Positions 25,568 to 38,920 of a stretch of 64,000 nt of DNA are shown here, piece by piece. The position numbers and the translations under genes are program-made. Numbering within the stretch: the stretch's first letter is position 1; each line of letters begins with the position of its first letter. This stretch comes from Malacoraja senta. Lineage: Eukaryota. The notes beneath the pieces are model-generated. The model had not been told where the DNA came from and made no database searches. It worked only from the letters and a program-made list of their open reading frames with translations. The stretch is taken from NCBI GenBank assembly GCA_038087875.1, contig CM075994.1, forward strand, positions 186,001-250,000. Reading direction: 5' to 3'.

Positions 25568-28500
25568 AGAAACATAGAAAATAGGTGCAGGAGTAGGCCA
25601 TTCGGCTCTTTGAGCCTGCACTGCCATTCAATATGATCATGGCTGATCATCCAACTCAGTATCCTGTACCTGCCTTCTCTCCAAACCCCCTGATCCCTTT
25701 AGCCACAATGGCCACATCTCACTCATTCTTAATTATAGCCAATGAACTGGCCCCAACTACTTACTGTGGCAGAGAATTCCACAGATTCACCACTAACTGT
25801 GTGAATTTTTTTTTCTCATCTCTGTCCTAAAAGACTTCCCCCTTATCCTTAAACTGTGACCCCTTGTTCTGGACTTCCCCAACTTCAGGAAAAATCTTCC
25901 TGCATCTAGCCTGTCCAACCCCTTAAGTTTTGTAATTTTCTATAAGATCCTCCCTCAACCTTCTAAATTCTAGCGAGTACAAGCCGAGTCTATCCAATCA
26001 TTCTTCATATGAAAGTCCTGCCATCCCAGGAATCAGTCTGGTGAACCTTCTCTGTACTCCCTCTATGGCAAGAATTTCTTTCCTCAGATTAGGAGACCAA
26101 AACTGTACGCAATACTCCAGGTGTGGTCTCACCAAGACCCTGTACAAATGCAGTAGAAACTCCCTGCTCCTATACTCAAATCCTTTTGATATGAATGCTA
26201 ACATACCATTCGCTTTCTTCACTACCTGCTGCACCTGCATGCCTACTTTCAATGACTGGTGTACCATGACACCCAGGTCTCGTTGCATCTCCCCTTTTCC
26301 TAATCGGCCACCATTCAGATAATAGTCTACTTTCCTGTTCTTGCCATCAAAGTGGATAACCTCACATTTATCCACATTATACTGCATCTGCCATGCATTT
26401 GCCCACTCACCCAACCTATCCAAGTCACCTTGCAGCCTCCGAGCATCCTCCTCACAGCTAACACTGCCCCCCAGCTTCGTGTCATCCGCAGACTTGGAGA
26501 TGTTGCATTCAATTCCCTCGTCCAAATCATTAATATATATCGTAAATAGCTGGGGTCCCAGCACTGAGCCTTGCGGTACCCCACTAGTCAATGCCTGCCA
26601 TTGTGAAAAGGACCCGTTTACTCCTACTCTTTGCTTCCTGTCTGCCAGCCAGTTCTCTATCCACATCAATACTAAACCCCCAATACCGTGTGCTTTAAGT
26701 TTGTATACTAATCTCTTATGTGGGACCTTGTCGAAAGCCTTCTGAAAGTCCAGATATAACACATCCACTGGTTCTCCCTTATCCACTCTACTAGTTACAT
26801 CCTCGAAAAATTCTATAAGATTCGTCAGACATGATTTACCTTTCATAAATCCATGCTGACTTTGTCCAATGATTTCACCACTTTCCAAATGTGCTGCTAT
26901 CCAATCTTTAATAACTGATTCTAGCAGTTTCCCCACTACCGACGTTAGACTAACTGGTCTGTAATTCCCCATTTTCTCTCTCCCTCCCTTTTTAAAAAGT
27001 GGGGTTATATTAGCTACCCTCCAATCCTCAGGAACTACTCCAGAGTCTAAAGAGTTTTGAAAAATTATCACTAATGCATCCACTCTTTCTGGGGCTACTT
27101 CCTTAAGTACTCTGGGATGCAGCCTATCTGGCCCTGGGGATTTATCAGCCTTTAATCCATTCAATTTACCTAACACCACTTCCCGGCTAACCTGGATTTC
27201 ACTCAGTTCCTCCATCTCATTTGACCCCCGGTCCCCTGCTATTTCCGGCAGATTATTTATGTCTTCCTCAGTGAAGACAGAACCAAAGTAGTTATTCAAT
27301 TGGTCTGCCATGTCCTTGATCCCCATGATCAATTCACCTGTTTCTGACTGCAAGGGACCTACATTTGTTTTAACTAATCTTTTTATTTTTGTTTTGATAC
27401 TATCCCTGATTTCCCTTGTTATCCACGGATGCACTACCTTCCCTGATTTATTCTTTTGCCAAACTGGAATGAACAATTGTTGTAGTTCATCCATGCGGTA
27501 TTTAAATGCCTTCCATTGCATATCCACCGTCAACCCCTTGAGAATCAATTGCCAGTCTATCTTGGCCAATTCACGTCTCATACCCTCAAAGTTACCTTTT
27601 TTAAAGTTCAGAACCCTTTTTTCTGAATTAACTTTGTCACTCTCTATCCTAATGAAGAACTCAACCATATTATGGTCACTCTTGCCCAAGGGGCCACGCA
27701 CAACAAGACTGCTAACTAACCCTTCCTCATTACTCAATACTCAATACTAGAATAGCCTGCTCTCTCGTTGGTTCCTCTACATGTTGATTTAGAAAACTAT
27801 CCCGCATACATTCCAAAAAATCCTCTTCCTCAGCACCCCTGCCAATTTGATTCACCGAATCTATAAGTAGATTGAAGCCACCCATTATAACTGTTTTACC
27901 TTTGTTGCACGCATTTCTAATTTCCTGTTTGATGCCATCCCCAACTCCACTACTACTGTTATGTGGCCTGTACACAACTCCCACTCGTGTTTTCTGCCCC
28001 TTAGTGTTTCACAGCTCTACCCATATCGATTCCACATCCTCCAAGCTAATGTCCTTCCTTTCTATTGCGTTAATCCCCTCTCTAACCAGCAACGCTACCC
28101 CACCTCCTTTTCCTTTCTGTCTATCCCTCCTGAATATTGAATATCCCTGGATGTTCAGCTCCCAGCCTTGGTCACCCTGGAGCCATGTCTCCGTGATCCC
28201 AACTATATCATATTCATTAATAACTATCTGCACATTCAACTCATCCACCTTATTATGAATGCTCCTTGCATTGAGACACAAAGCCTTCAGGCTTGTTTTT
28301 ACAACACTCTTCCCCTTATACAATTATGTTGAAAAGTGGCCCTTTTTGATTTTTGCCCTGGATTTGTCTGCCTGCCACTTTTACTTTTCACCCAGCTACC
28401 TATTGCTTCTATCCTCATTTTACACCCCTCTGTCTCTCTGCTCATGCTCCCATCCCCCTGCCACATTAGTTTAAATCCTCCCCGACAGCACTAGCAAATA

Positions 28501-29971
28501 ATCCCCCAAGGACATTGGTTCCATTCCAGCCCAGGTGCAGACCGTCCTGTTTGTACTGGTCCCACCTCCCCCAGAACTGGTTCCAATGCCCTAGAAATTT
28601 GAATCCCTCCCCCTTGCACCATTTTTCAAGCCACGTATTCATCTGAAATATCTTCCTACTTCTACTCTGACTAGCACGTGGCACTGGTAATAATCCAGAG
28701 ATTATTACCTTTGAGGTCCTACTTTTATGATTATCTCCTAGCTCCCTAAATTCACCTTGTAGGACCTCATCCCGTTTTTTACCTATATCATTAGTGCCAA
28801 TGTGCACCATGGCAACTGGCTGTTCACCCACCCCCTCCAGAATGTTCTGCAGCCACTCAGTGACATCCCTGAACCTTGCACCAGGGAGGCAACATAATCC
28901 TGGAGTCTCGTTTGCGGCCGCAGAAACGCCTATCTATTCCCCTTACTATTGAGTCCCCTATTACTATAGCCCTTCCACTCTTTTTCCTCATGTCCTGTGC
29001 CGCAGAGCCACCCACAGTGCCATGAACTTGGCTGCTGCTGTCTTCCCCTGATGAGCCATCTCCCCCAACAGTACCCAAAATGGTATTTCTGTTTAGGAGG
29101 GAGATGACCACAGGGGACGCCTGCACTACCTGCCTACTGCTACGCTGGCTAGTGGCCACACGTTCCCTTTTTGTCCGCTTAACTTTTACCTGCAGTGTGG
29201 CCAACTCACTGTAGGTGCTATTCACGACTTTCTCAGCATCGTGGATGCTCCAGTATGAATCCAACCGCAGCTCCAACCGTTCAACACGGTCTGCCAGGAG
29301 CTGCAGCTGGACACACTTCCTGCACACGTAGTCACCAGGGACACCGACAATATCCCTGATCTCCCACATGTTGCAGGATGAGCAATGCACGGGGCCGATC
29401 TCAACTGACATGGCTTACCCCCAAATTAAATCAACTCCATCCCACTATAAAAATCTTAATCCTTTAAACTGTACCTTTACTAAAAAGCACTGTACCCTTA
29501 ACTCACTGCACCCTTAACTCATTGAACCCTTAACTAACTGCACCCTTAACTCACTGTACCCTTAACTCACTGTACCCTTAACTCACTGCACCCTTAACTC
29601 ACTGTACCCTTAACTCACTGCCACCTTAACTCACTGTACCCTTAACTCACTGTACCCTTAACTCACTGTACACTTAACTCACTGTACCCTTAACTCACTG
29701 AACCCTTAACTCACTGTACCCTTAACTCACTGCACCCTTAACTCACTGTACCCTTAACTCACTGTACCCTTAACTCACTGCACCCTTAACTCACTGTACC
29801 CTTAACTAAAAAGTACGAACAGAAGCAGAAATACAAACCTGGGGCTACTCCCAATCAGCAGCTTCCTCTAGTCCACTTCCACCAATCAGCAGCTTCCTCC
29901 AGACCACTTCTTTTGAAGTGTGATGGAACATTACAGTGGGCAACGCTGCTGCAACCGCTCCTGGGCCTCTC
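25568..29971 (-). mobile_element. Near full-length CR1 LINE (ORF1 zinc finger plus SGNH esterase; ORF2 AP endonuclease plus RT), degenerate
   Basis: ORF1 (29411-28466): CSSC...CRKC, GDSIV, HIGTND, DGLHL. ORF2: CLNARSI, GITETW, GGGVAL, SDHN, NYRPVSLTS, LDFQKAFDKVPH, GVPQGSVLGP, SADD. (TTTCTATG)n tail. It splits a host short repeat, with tttgcat/tttacat at the two junctions. Confidence 0.93.
29488..29807. repeat. 16-bp minisatellite (ACTCACTGTACCCTTA)n, about 20 copies, in the CR1 5'UTR
   Basis: Direct tandem copies with occasional single substitutions and no spacers. Confidence 0.95.
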
Positions 29972-30749
29972 TTTACATCAAAGATAAACACAGAATGCTG
30001 GAGTAACTCAGCGGGACAGGCAGTATCTCTGAAGGAATGGGTGACGTGTCAGGTCGAGACCCTTACTCAGACTGAGAGTCAGGGGAGAAGGTTTCCCTTC
30101 TAATGAGGACCTTGGTAAAATGCAAGGTGTGTAATAATGTGCGCGACATTTTCGGTCTGAAGAAGGGACTCGACCCGAAATGTCACCTATTCCTTCTCTC
30201 CAGAGATGCTGCCTGTCCCACTGAGTAACTCCAGCATTGTGTGTCCAACTTCAAGAGCAGTCTGCATGTCAAAAATAACCTTTCAGTTGCTTGGTTGAGC
30301 TGCTCAGGTGTGTTTTATAGTTAGGATTAGTTTAGTTTAGAGATACATCACTGAAACAGGCCCTTCGGCCCAGCGTGTACATGCCGACCAGCAGTCTCCG
30401 CGTCAGCTAGCACTAAATAAAGCACGATTGATTGTTGACTATCCTACACACTGGGGACAATGTACAATTTTACCAAAGCCAATTAACATACATACCTGTG
30501 TAGGAAGGAACTGCGGATGCTGATTTAAACCAAAGATAGACATGAAATGCTGGGACCATTTGGTTCATGTGGAGCTCTTCCTGGAAATGTCGTGGAGCAT
30601 ATTCATTGAGGGTAATTATAGGCAGAGCATTCACCATGGGGCAAGGCAGATGGGCCTCACATCTCATGCACCTCCTCCTGTTGCACCATTGTTTCAAAAC
30701 TATCTCAAGCCAAAAAAGCCCTCTCTGGTTTTTGAAATGCCCTGGGATT

Positions 30750-31035
30750 TAGGAATAAGGGGTCGGCCGTTAAGGACTGAGATGAGGAAAAACTTTTTCA
30801 CCCAGAGAGTTGTGAATCTGTGGAATTCTCTGCCACAGAAGGCAGTGGAGGCCAATTCACTGGATGGTTTCAAGAAAGAGTTAGATTTAGCTCTTAGTGC
30901 TAATGGAATCAAGGGATATGGGGAGGAAGTAGGAACGGGGTACTGATTTAGGATGATCAGCCACGATCATATTGAATGGCGGTGTTGGCTCAAAGGACCA
31001 AATGGCCTACTCCTGCACCTATTTTCTGTTTCTAG
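30750..31035 (+). mobile_element. CR1 LINE 3' end (similar ends at ~33230-33562 +, 49180-49645 -, 52020-52500 +, 52680-52897 -)
   Basis: IRGRPLRTEMRKNFFTQRVVNLWNSLPQ plus the conserved 3'UTR. Confidence 0.85.
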
Positions 31036-32091
31036 GTTTCTAAAAGACCCTCTCTGTTTTTTCCAATGCCCTGGAATTCTCATGCACATCAATAAAGGAA
31101 AATGAAGTTTAAAGAATGATTGATTATTGAAAAATACAGCATGGAAACAGGCCGTTCGGCCAGCAAGTCCATGCAGACCATTGATCACCTATTCACGCCA
31201 GTTCAATGTTATCTCACGTTCTCATCCACTCCCTACACCCTTTGAGAAGCCAGTTAACCCACAAACCCGCAAACGTCGGGATGTGGGAGGAAGCTGGAGC
31301 ACCTGGAGGATACCCACACGGTCACAGGGAAAATGTGCAATGACAGGGGTACAAGGATGCGAACAATGGAAGTTAGATGGCTGATTAGGGTGGGAGATGG
31401 GGGGCAGAGGGGAGGGATGGGAATGGAGGAGTTACTGGAAATTAGAGACATCGACGTTCATACCGCTGGGTTACAAGCTGCCCCAGCAAAACCTGACGTG
31501 CTGTTCCCCCAATTTGCGTGTGGCTTCACTTTGCTACTGAAGGAGGCCCAGGACAGAAACATAGAAACATAGAAAAATAGCTGCACGAGTAGGCCATTCG
31601 GCCCTTCGAGCAAGTTAGCCCTCAGATTCCTATTAAATCTTTTCCCCTTCATGGGAAAGCTATATCCTCTGGTCCTCGCTTCACCTACTCTGGGCAAGAG
31701 ACTTTGCGCTTCTCCCCGATCTATTCCCCTCATGAATTTATCCAAGATGGAACCAAGGATGCCGGTTTACACGGAAGATCGACACAAAATGTTACAGTAC
31801 ACAGATTGCTGTGGAAAGGTACACAAAAATGCTGGAGAAACTCAGCGGGTGCAGCAGCATCTATGGAGCGAAGGAAATAGGTAAAGTTTCGGGCCGAAAC
31901 CCTTCTTCACATTGCTGTGGAAAGTGTTTGCACCCGCGAGTTGTTCAGATAGAGAGCCGTACGAAATTAAACACCTCCCCCTCCCAGAGCCGACAAGTAC
32001 TGTCGCCTCCTGCAATTTCAAGTTGAAGCCTGACAGAGGAGACGTTTCGCTTTACCTCTGCGATTGTTGGCCCCGATGCAGTTCTGTTTGA

Positions 32092-32332
32092 TTTAGTTTT
32101 TAGTTTAGTGGTACAGCGCGGAAACAGGCATTTCGTCCAGACCAGCGATGCCCAGCCCACTAGGGACTTTACATTTATACCAATTTTAAACCGAAGATCT
32201 CGGAGAAAACCCGCGCGGGTCACGGGGAGAACGTACAAACTCCGTACAGACAGCACCCGAGGTCGGGATCGAACCCGGGACTCTGGCGCTGCAAGCGCTG
32301 TAAGGCAGTAACTCTACCGCTGCGCCACTGTG
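32092..32332 (-). mobile_element. HE1-like V-SINE immediately upstream of the receptor start codon
   Basis: Reverse-complement SINE with its head at 32332 and (tttag)n tail at ~32092. Confidence 0.85.
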
Positions 32333-32389
32333 TTTTTGTGACTGGTACCCGCTTTCGCTGAAGCGCCGCAAGACACCTTCGAACGGGTG

Positions 32390-32483
32390 ATGTCCGAGCG
32401 CCGTACACCGCGACGAAGGACTCGCAGGGAAAATGATTTCTTCAGCATTTTCATCCTCGTCGCCACTTGGGCTTGTCTCTCGG
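32390..32483 (+). CDS. Exon 1 (start codon and signal peptide) of an uncharacterised single-V-domain Ig-superfamily receptor
   Basis: ATG at 32390 with an in-frame TGA upstream (32339). Translates MSERRTPRRRTRRENDFFSIFILVATWACLS (basic N-region plus hydrophobic core) and ends at a perfect donor G|GTAAGT in phase 1, matching the phase-1 acceptor of the Ig exon. CpG-rich unique sequence. Confidence 0.8.
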
Positions 32484-34889
32484 GTAAGTGGGTGAGATTG
32501 TTTTATTTTCCTTTGTTGTGATGCGAGTTCCCTCCACATCGGAATCCTCCACAGTGTATAAAATCACGAGAGGAACAGATCGGGGAATAGGGGAATCGAG
32601 GAACAGGGGACAGAGATTTAAGGTGACGGGGAAAAGATTTAATAGGAATCTGAGGGGTAACGTTTTCACACAAAGGGTGGTAGGTGAATGGAACAATCTG
32701 CCAGAGGAGGTAGCTGAGGCTGGGGCTATATCCAACGTTTAAGAAACAGTTAGACAGGAACATGGATAGGACAGGTTTGGAGGGACTAGTGCAGCTGGGG
32801 CAAGTTGGCCATGTGGGCAAGTTGGGCTGAAGTGCCTGTTTCCACACTGTTGTTAGATTGTTACTGCACAAAGGGATTACCAACAGGTCGGGTTTGTGTT
32901 ATGGGGAACGTCTGGTGGAGATTAATTCAAGATTAATTGTTTATTAATTCAAGTCTGCAGTAAATTCTAAAATTATCCCGGTTGGCGTGGACTCGGTTGG
33001 CCGAAGGGCCTGTTTCCAAGTTGTATCACTCTGTGACTCCATGCTTCTCTGGATTTTGCCTGACCCGCTGAGTCACTCCGGCACTTTGTGTTTCGAACAA
33101 GATTATATATAATAGTGGTCTTTCCTCGGCCCACCTGTGCAACCCTGCGAGGCGCTGCTTTTAGTCTGTTAGTGTAGCTGGGCAATGCTGGACGGTGTGG
33201 GCAAGTTGGGCTGAAGGGGCTGTTTTTTTTCCTGGTTTTGGGGGAATCCAAATCCAGGGGTCGCAGTTTAAGAATAAGGGGTAGACCATTTAGGACTGAG
33301 ATAAGGAAAAACATTTTCACCAAGAGAGTTGTGAATCTGTGGAATTCTCTTCCCCAGAAGGCAGCAGAAGCCAATTCACTGGATGTTTTCAAGTGAGAGT
33401 TTAGATAGAGCTCTTAGGGCTAACGGAGTCAGGGATATGGGGAGAAACCAGGAACGGGATATTGATTTTGGATGATCAGCCGTGATCATATTGAATGGCG
33501 GTGCTGGCTCGAAGGGTCGAATGGCCTGCTCCTGCACCTATTTTCTATGTTTCTATGTTTCTATCTTTCTACAGACAGGATGGTGGCCCTGCCAGGGGTG
33601 GTGGTGGACACAGATACGATAGTGGTGTCTTGGAGTCTTTTAGATAGACACATGGATATGCTGGGAATAGGGGGATATTTAACATGTGCAGACAGAGATT
33701 AGTTAAGATCGGCATTGCGTTGTTCATGAACATTGTGGGCCGAAGGGTTCAATAGTTCAACGGTCTTTATATCTCACTTAAGCTCACAAGTGATAGGAAC
33801 AGAATTAGACCTTTTGGCCCACCAAGTCTACTCCACCATTCAATCATGGCTGATCTATGTCTCCCTCTCAACCCCATTCCCCTGCTTTCTCTCCAGAACT
33901 CCAGACACTCGAGGTACAGTCAAATTCATTTTTGTGTACAGTACAGTACAAGTATCACTATACATAAGCACGTAGATACATCTTAAATCAGCATCTCAGC
34001 TACAGTACAAGTGTATCAGTAGTACAGTGAGACAGTGTACAGAGTCACCAGTTTGGCATCATTTTCAAGTCCCAGTTATTGTGAGTGCAGTGATCTTGAC
34101 CTGATCATGAAGGTCTGTTGTCCTGGCGGCATTGCAGGGTCGGCCTGGCCAAGCACAGGGTGGTGTGGTCCATCGCTGCTCCACCGCTGAGGCTGCGTCC
34201 GATCCACGTGCTCGGCCTCTTGGAGCGGCGCCCGGTCCAGCCGAGCCCCAGGTTGCTGCAGGGCCTCCAGCGGCCCACTCCCACGTCGAGTTCGTGCTCC
34301 CCCACCCGCAGCCGATCTGCTCACCGGCCCTCTGTCCCACTTCCTCCATTCTGGGCAGGAGCTTCTTCGCTGTCGTGTGCTGGGCAGCAGAGCGAAGGCC
34401 GCGGACCCCAACAGAATCAACAAAATCATCAAGAAGGCTGGCTCCATCCTGGGGACAGAATTGGGTTTATGGGAGGTGATCTAGAGGAGAACTGCGGAGC
34501 ATCTTGGACAATACAGCGCACCCCTCCATGACACACTGGTCAACCTGAGGAGCACCTTCAGCAACAGACTGGTCCCACTAAGATGCAGGACAGAATGCCA
34601 CAGGAGATCCTTTTCCCCTGTGGCTATCAAATTGTACAAATCCTATCTCTTCTGTTGTGGGGTAGGCTGACTCTCCTCCCCAATCTTTGCACATCTCCAA
34701 TCCTTACCACTTGTCACTTTCATTTCATGGTCCATGTATTTTGTGTTTTATAACTATTTGCAGATCAATTTACCTCCTGGGATAAATAAAGCTCTATCGT
34801 ATCGTTTCATTCCCGGTTCGCGGCGCGGATCCTCGGTCCATGGCGGGCGGGTCGATGGGACTGTTCCTGCGCTGCACTGTTTTTTGGGG

Positions 34890-36645
34890 TTTTTTAAAAA
34901 TATTTTTATTAGAAGTCATACACAATAGTATAAATCAAGAATAATATAATACATTTCATGTACAACTTCTTGTTTTTAAATTTAATAATAAAAAAGTAAT
35001 AGAAGCAAAAAGAGAGTAAAAGAAAGTTCGATAAGGTGGTGAAAGTAATAGATTTTGAAAGAGTGCAGTAAAAAGAGAAAGGCAAAAAAACAAAATTTAA
35101 AAATTAGAAAGAAGATAAAATGGATATAGCTGCTTCATATCTTTGCGCACCCCTCACCCGGTTCTGAAACAGTTAATTTCCAGGGTTATGTTGCACCATA
35201 AGCTTGTAATAAATCGATAAAGGGAGACCAAATCTTTAAGAATTGGTCTGATTTGCCTGTTAGGACAAATCTCATGTCTTCTAGATGTAACATTTCAGAC
35301 ATATTTGAGATCCACATTTTAAGCGTTGGTGTTGGTGCATTTTTCCAGAATTTTAATATGTTTTTTGCCGTTATTAAGCCATAATTAAGGAAACTCTTTT
35401 GGACCGAAGTCAGCTCAGGGCCGACCTCCGTTGTTCCAAAGATAATCAGTTCTGCGTTGACGTTCAGTTTTATTTTAAATACTCTTGTAAAAATTTCAAA
35501 GATTTCCTTCCAAAGTTTCTGAAGTTTTATGCAAAAGACAAAAGAATGTCTGCATCTTGAGATGAGCATTTGTCGCAGATGGGAGACACATTTGGAATTT
35601 TTTATTCAATTTAGTTTTCGAGTAATATAATCTGTGTAAAATTTTGAATTGAATTAAGGTGTGTCTTACATTAATCGAACATTTGTGTACATGTAGCAAA
35701 TATTTATCCCATCTGTCTTTCGAGATTTTTATAGATAATTCTTGTTCCCAATCTCTTCTAATTGCATCAGACGGTGGTATCTCTATGTTTAAAATGTTAA
35801 TATACAAATATGATATTAAATGAGTTGAGTCCGCCTTTCTGTTCATAGCTTCATCTAATATATCTGAAGTCGAAGTTTTATGTTCTTGTGTATGTTTTTT
35901 CAAGTAGTCACGGATTTGAAGGTATTTAAAGTATTGATTACTTTTCAGGTTGTATTTAAGTAGTTGTTGGAATGTTAAAAGGTTTCCCATTTCACACATA
36001 TCTCCAAACATGTTAATTCCTTTTCTTTCCCAGTGTGTAAACATTTTGTCGATAATAGATGGTTTAAACGATGGATTATTAACAATGGGAGAGAGAAGCG
36101 ATAGGTTTCTTAATTTGAAAGTTAATTTTATTTGTTTCCAAGTTTGTATTGTGCTATGAATAATTGGATTTTTCTTGTATATTATGTTATTCAATTTTAT
36201 CGGTGAAAGAAGGATCGCTCCTATATTAAAAGGAGAGCAAGCCTCTCTCTCCATTACTATCCAATCTAACTGTTGGGCAGAATTGTCCAACAAGTAAATT
36301 ACATATTTGATATCCGTTGCCCAGTGATAGTACAAAAAATTGGGTAGTGTCAGTCCTCCGAATTCTTTGGATTTACACAGGTGTCTTCTTTGAATTCTGT
36401 GGGATTTATAGTCCCATATGAAATTAGTGATATCAGAGCCGAGTTAAAAAAAAAAGATTTTCGGTAAATATTTTGGTATTGATTGAAATAAATATAAGAT
36501 TTGTGGCAAAAAAATCATTTTTATGGCATTTATTCTGCCTATTAAAGACATCGGTAGTGTTTTCCAAAATTTAATCAAAGCATTTAATTTAGTAAGTAAG
36601 GGCATATAGTTAGCATTGAATAAAGCTTTATATATTCTGGTAATT
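34890..36645 (-). mobile_element. L1/Tx1-clade LINE ORF2 3' portion
   Basis: SLIGRINAIKMIFLPQILYLFQSIP, YYHWA and QFKILHRLYYSK; frameshifted. Confidence 0.9.
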
Positions 36646-37476
36646 TCTGCGCTGCACTTATATGAGAAAAACGCCAAGTGCTGGTGAAACTCAGATGGTC
36701 AGTCGGCATCTGTGGAGAGAATGGACAGACGACGTTTCATGTCAAGACTGTTCTTCAGGCTGATACTGCCAGACCCACAGAATTCCTCCAGCACTTTGCT
36801 TGTTTGATTCAGTTTCCAGCACCTGCAATTGTCTCCTCTACTGTTCTGTTTTATGCTACAAAATACTAACTGCTGAAAGAAACGCCATTTCCCTCCACAG
36901 ATCTGCCCCAACCACTCAGTTCCTCCCGCACTTTATTTTTTTGCTCCAGATTCCAGCACCTGCTGTTTCTCGTGCCCCCTGTACCGTTCCATGTTTTACG
37001 TGTGGGAAGGAACTGCAGATAGACACAAAAGCTGGAGTAACTCAGCGGGACAGGCAGCAACTCAGGAGAGAAGGAATGCGTGACATTTTGGGTCGAGACC
37101 CTTCTTCAGACAGGAACTGCAGATGCTGGTTTACACTGATTGTGCTTGAATTCACTGGAATTTAGAAGGATGAGAGGATATTTAATGGAAACAAAAAATC
37201 CTTAAGGGATTGGACAGGCTAGATGCAGGAAATATGTTCCCGAAGTTGGGGATGTCAACATCACCATCTATATCTCTCATTTCCCTTATCCCTAACCAGT
37301 CTGAAGAAGGGTCTCGACACGAAATGTCACCCATTCCAGCATTTTGCACTGTACAACACCTAACAGTACTGATGAAAGAAGGCCTGTTCCCCTGTCATCC
37401 TGGCCCATGTTATCCTTCCCTCCCTGTTATCCGTCCCTCCCTGATACCCCCCCCCTCCCCGTTTAACCATCGAGGT

Positions 37477-37781
37477 GGCATGGTGGTACAACGGTAGAGT
37501 TGCTGCCTCACAGAGCTAGCGACCTGGGTTTGAACCTGACTACGGGTGCTGTCTGTACGGTGTTTATGCATTCTCCTTACAACCATGTGGGTTTTCTCTG
37601 GGTGCTCCGGTTTCCTCCCACATTCCAAAGACGTACAGGTTTGTAGGATAATTGGCTTCTGTAAATGGTAAATGGTCGCCAGTGTGTAGGATAGAGCTAA
37701 TGTACGGGGATCTCAGGTCGGCGATTACTCGATGGGCTGAAGGGCCTGTTTCTGCATTGAATCTCTAAACTAAACTAAACT
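37477..37781 (+). mobile_element. HE1-like V-SINE (further copies at ~11615, 16950, 43205, 46830, 50243, 50705, 55140, 56650, 63648)
   Basis: Full-length head, V-core and tail organisation ending ctctaaactaaactaaac. Confidence 0.85.
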
Positions 37782-38129
37782 CTTCATGTCACTGAAACAA
37801 ATGGTTGAATCACACCGGCTTTCTCCTTGTAGGAACCTCATCTGTGCAAAGTGGCTGCTTTACTCTTTACGTGTGTACAAGTCATGGTACGTGACAAGTG
37901 TATTGAGAAAGCAGTTAATAAGGTACATGCAATCATGAGTTTTATTCATAGAACGCTAGAGGTTAGAAGCAGAGAAGTCACACTGAACTATTTGTGAAAC
38001 ACTGGTTCAACCTCAAACTAGAGTGATATATTCAATTCTCGTCGACCATTTTAGAAAGGGTGTGAACGCGATAGAGAGGACCCAGAAACATTTACAGATA
38101 CAGGATGGATAAGAAAGGTTTAGATAATT

Positions 38130-38920
38130 TTACATAGATTATATTATTCAAAAGCTAAATTAAGTAAATTTTACCCAAATACCTCTGCTAACTGTGATAA
38201 ATGCCTAGTCCAAGAATCAACCATGGCACATTCTTTTGTTTTTTGTATAAAAATTCAAAAATTTTGGAATTACATTTTTGAGATTTTCACTAAATTATTT
38301 AAAATAAAACTGAAACCGAATGCAGAACTGATTATTTTTGGAACAATAGAAGCAAGTTTGGAGCTGACTGCGTTTCAAAGGAGTTTTCTTAGTTATGGCT
38401 TAATAATGGCAAAAAAATTGATACTGAAATTTTGGAAAAATGCTCCTACGCCAACAATAAAAATGTGGACTTCTAATATGTCGGAATTGTTACATCTAGA
38501 AGATATGAGATTCCTCCTAGCAGGTAAACAAGACCAATTCCAAAAGATTTGGTCTCCATATATCGACTTATTACAAACATAGGGTGCAACAAAATGATGA
38601 TAATAAATGGTTTTAGGACCTGGCGAGGGGTGAGTAAAGATAAGAAGTAGGTACATCCCTTTCATATTGTCCTACCTTATTTTCTTTTTTCTCTTTTTTT
38701 CTTTTCTTCTTTAACTACTTCTTGTGGTTTAGGTTCACATGTGTGTTCCTGGACCACTTTCTCACTCACTCACTGTGTCTTTGCTAGCTCTTTCTATCCT
38801 TTTTTTCTATTAAAGTTGAAAAACAGAAGTGGTACAAGAACTGTATAAATTTACGTTATTGCAGATTACTGTAATGTAAAATACTTCTAATAAAAAAATT
38901 AAAAAAAATTAAAAAAAAGA
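38130..38920 (+). mobile_element. L1/Tx1-clade LINE 3' end
   Basis: CDKC...MAHSFVFC...AKKLILKFWK, 3'UTR and poly-A tail. Confidence 0.88.

Noticed and set aside
29488..29807. Regular repeat array resembling CRISPR or telomeric repeats
   Set aside because: Contiguous 16-bp units with no unique spacers, no cas genes and not TTAGGG; it lies in a CR1 5'UTR.
34065..34375. GC-rich overlapping ORFs in intron 1
   Set aside because: No recognisable domain or convincing splice sites; it abuts a Rex1 fragment and is probably repeat-derived.
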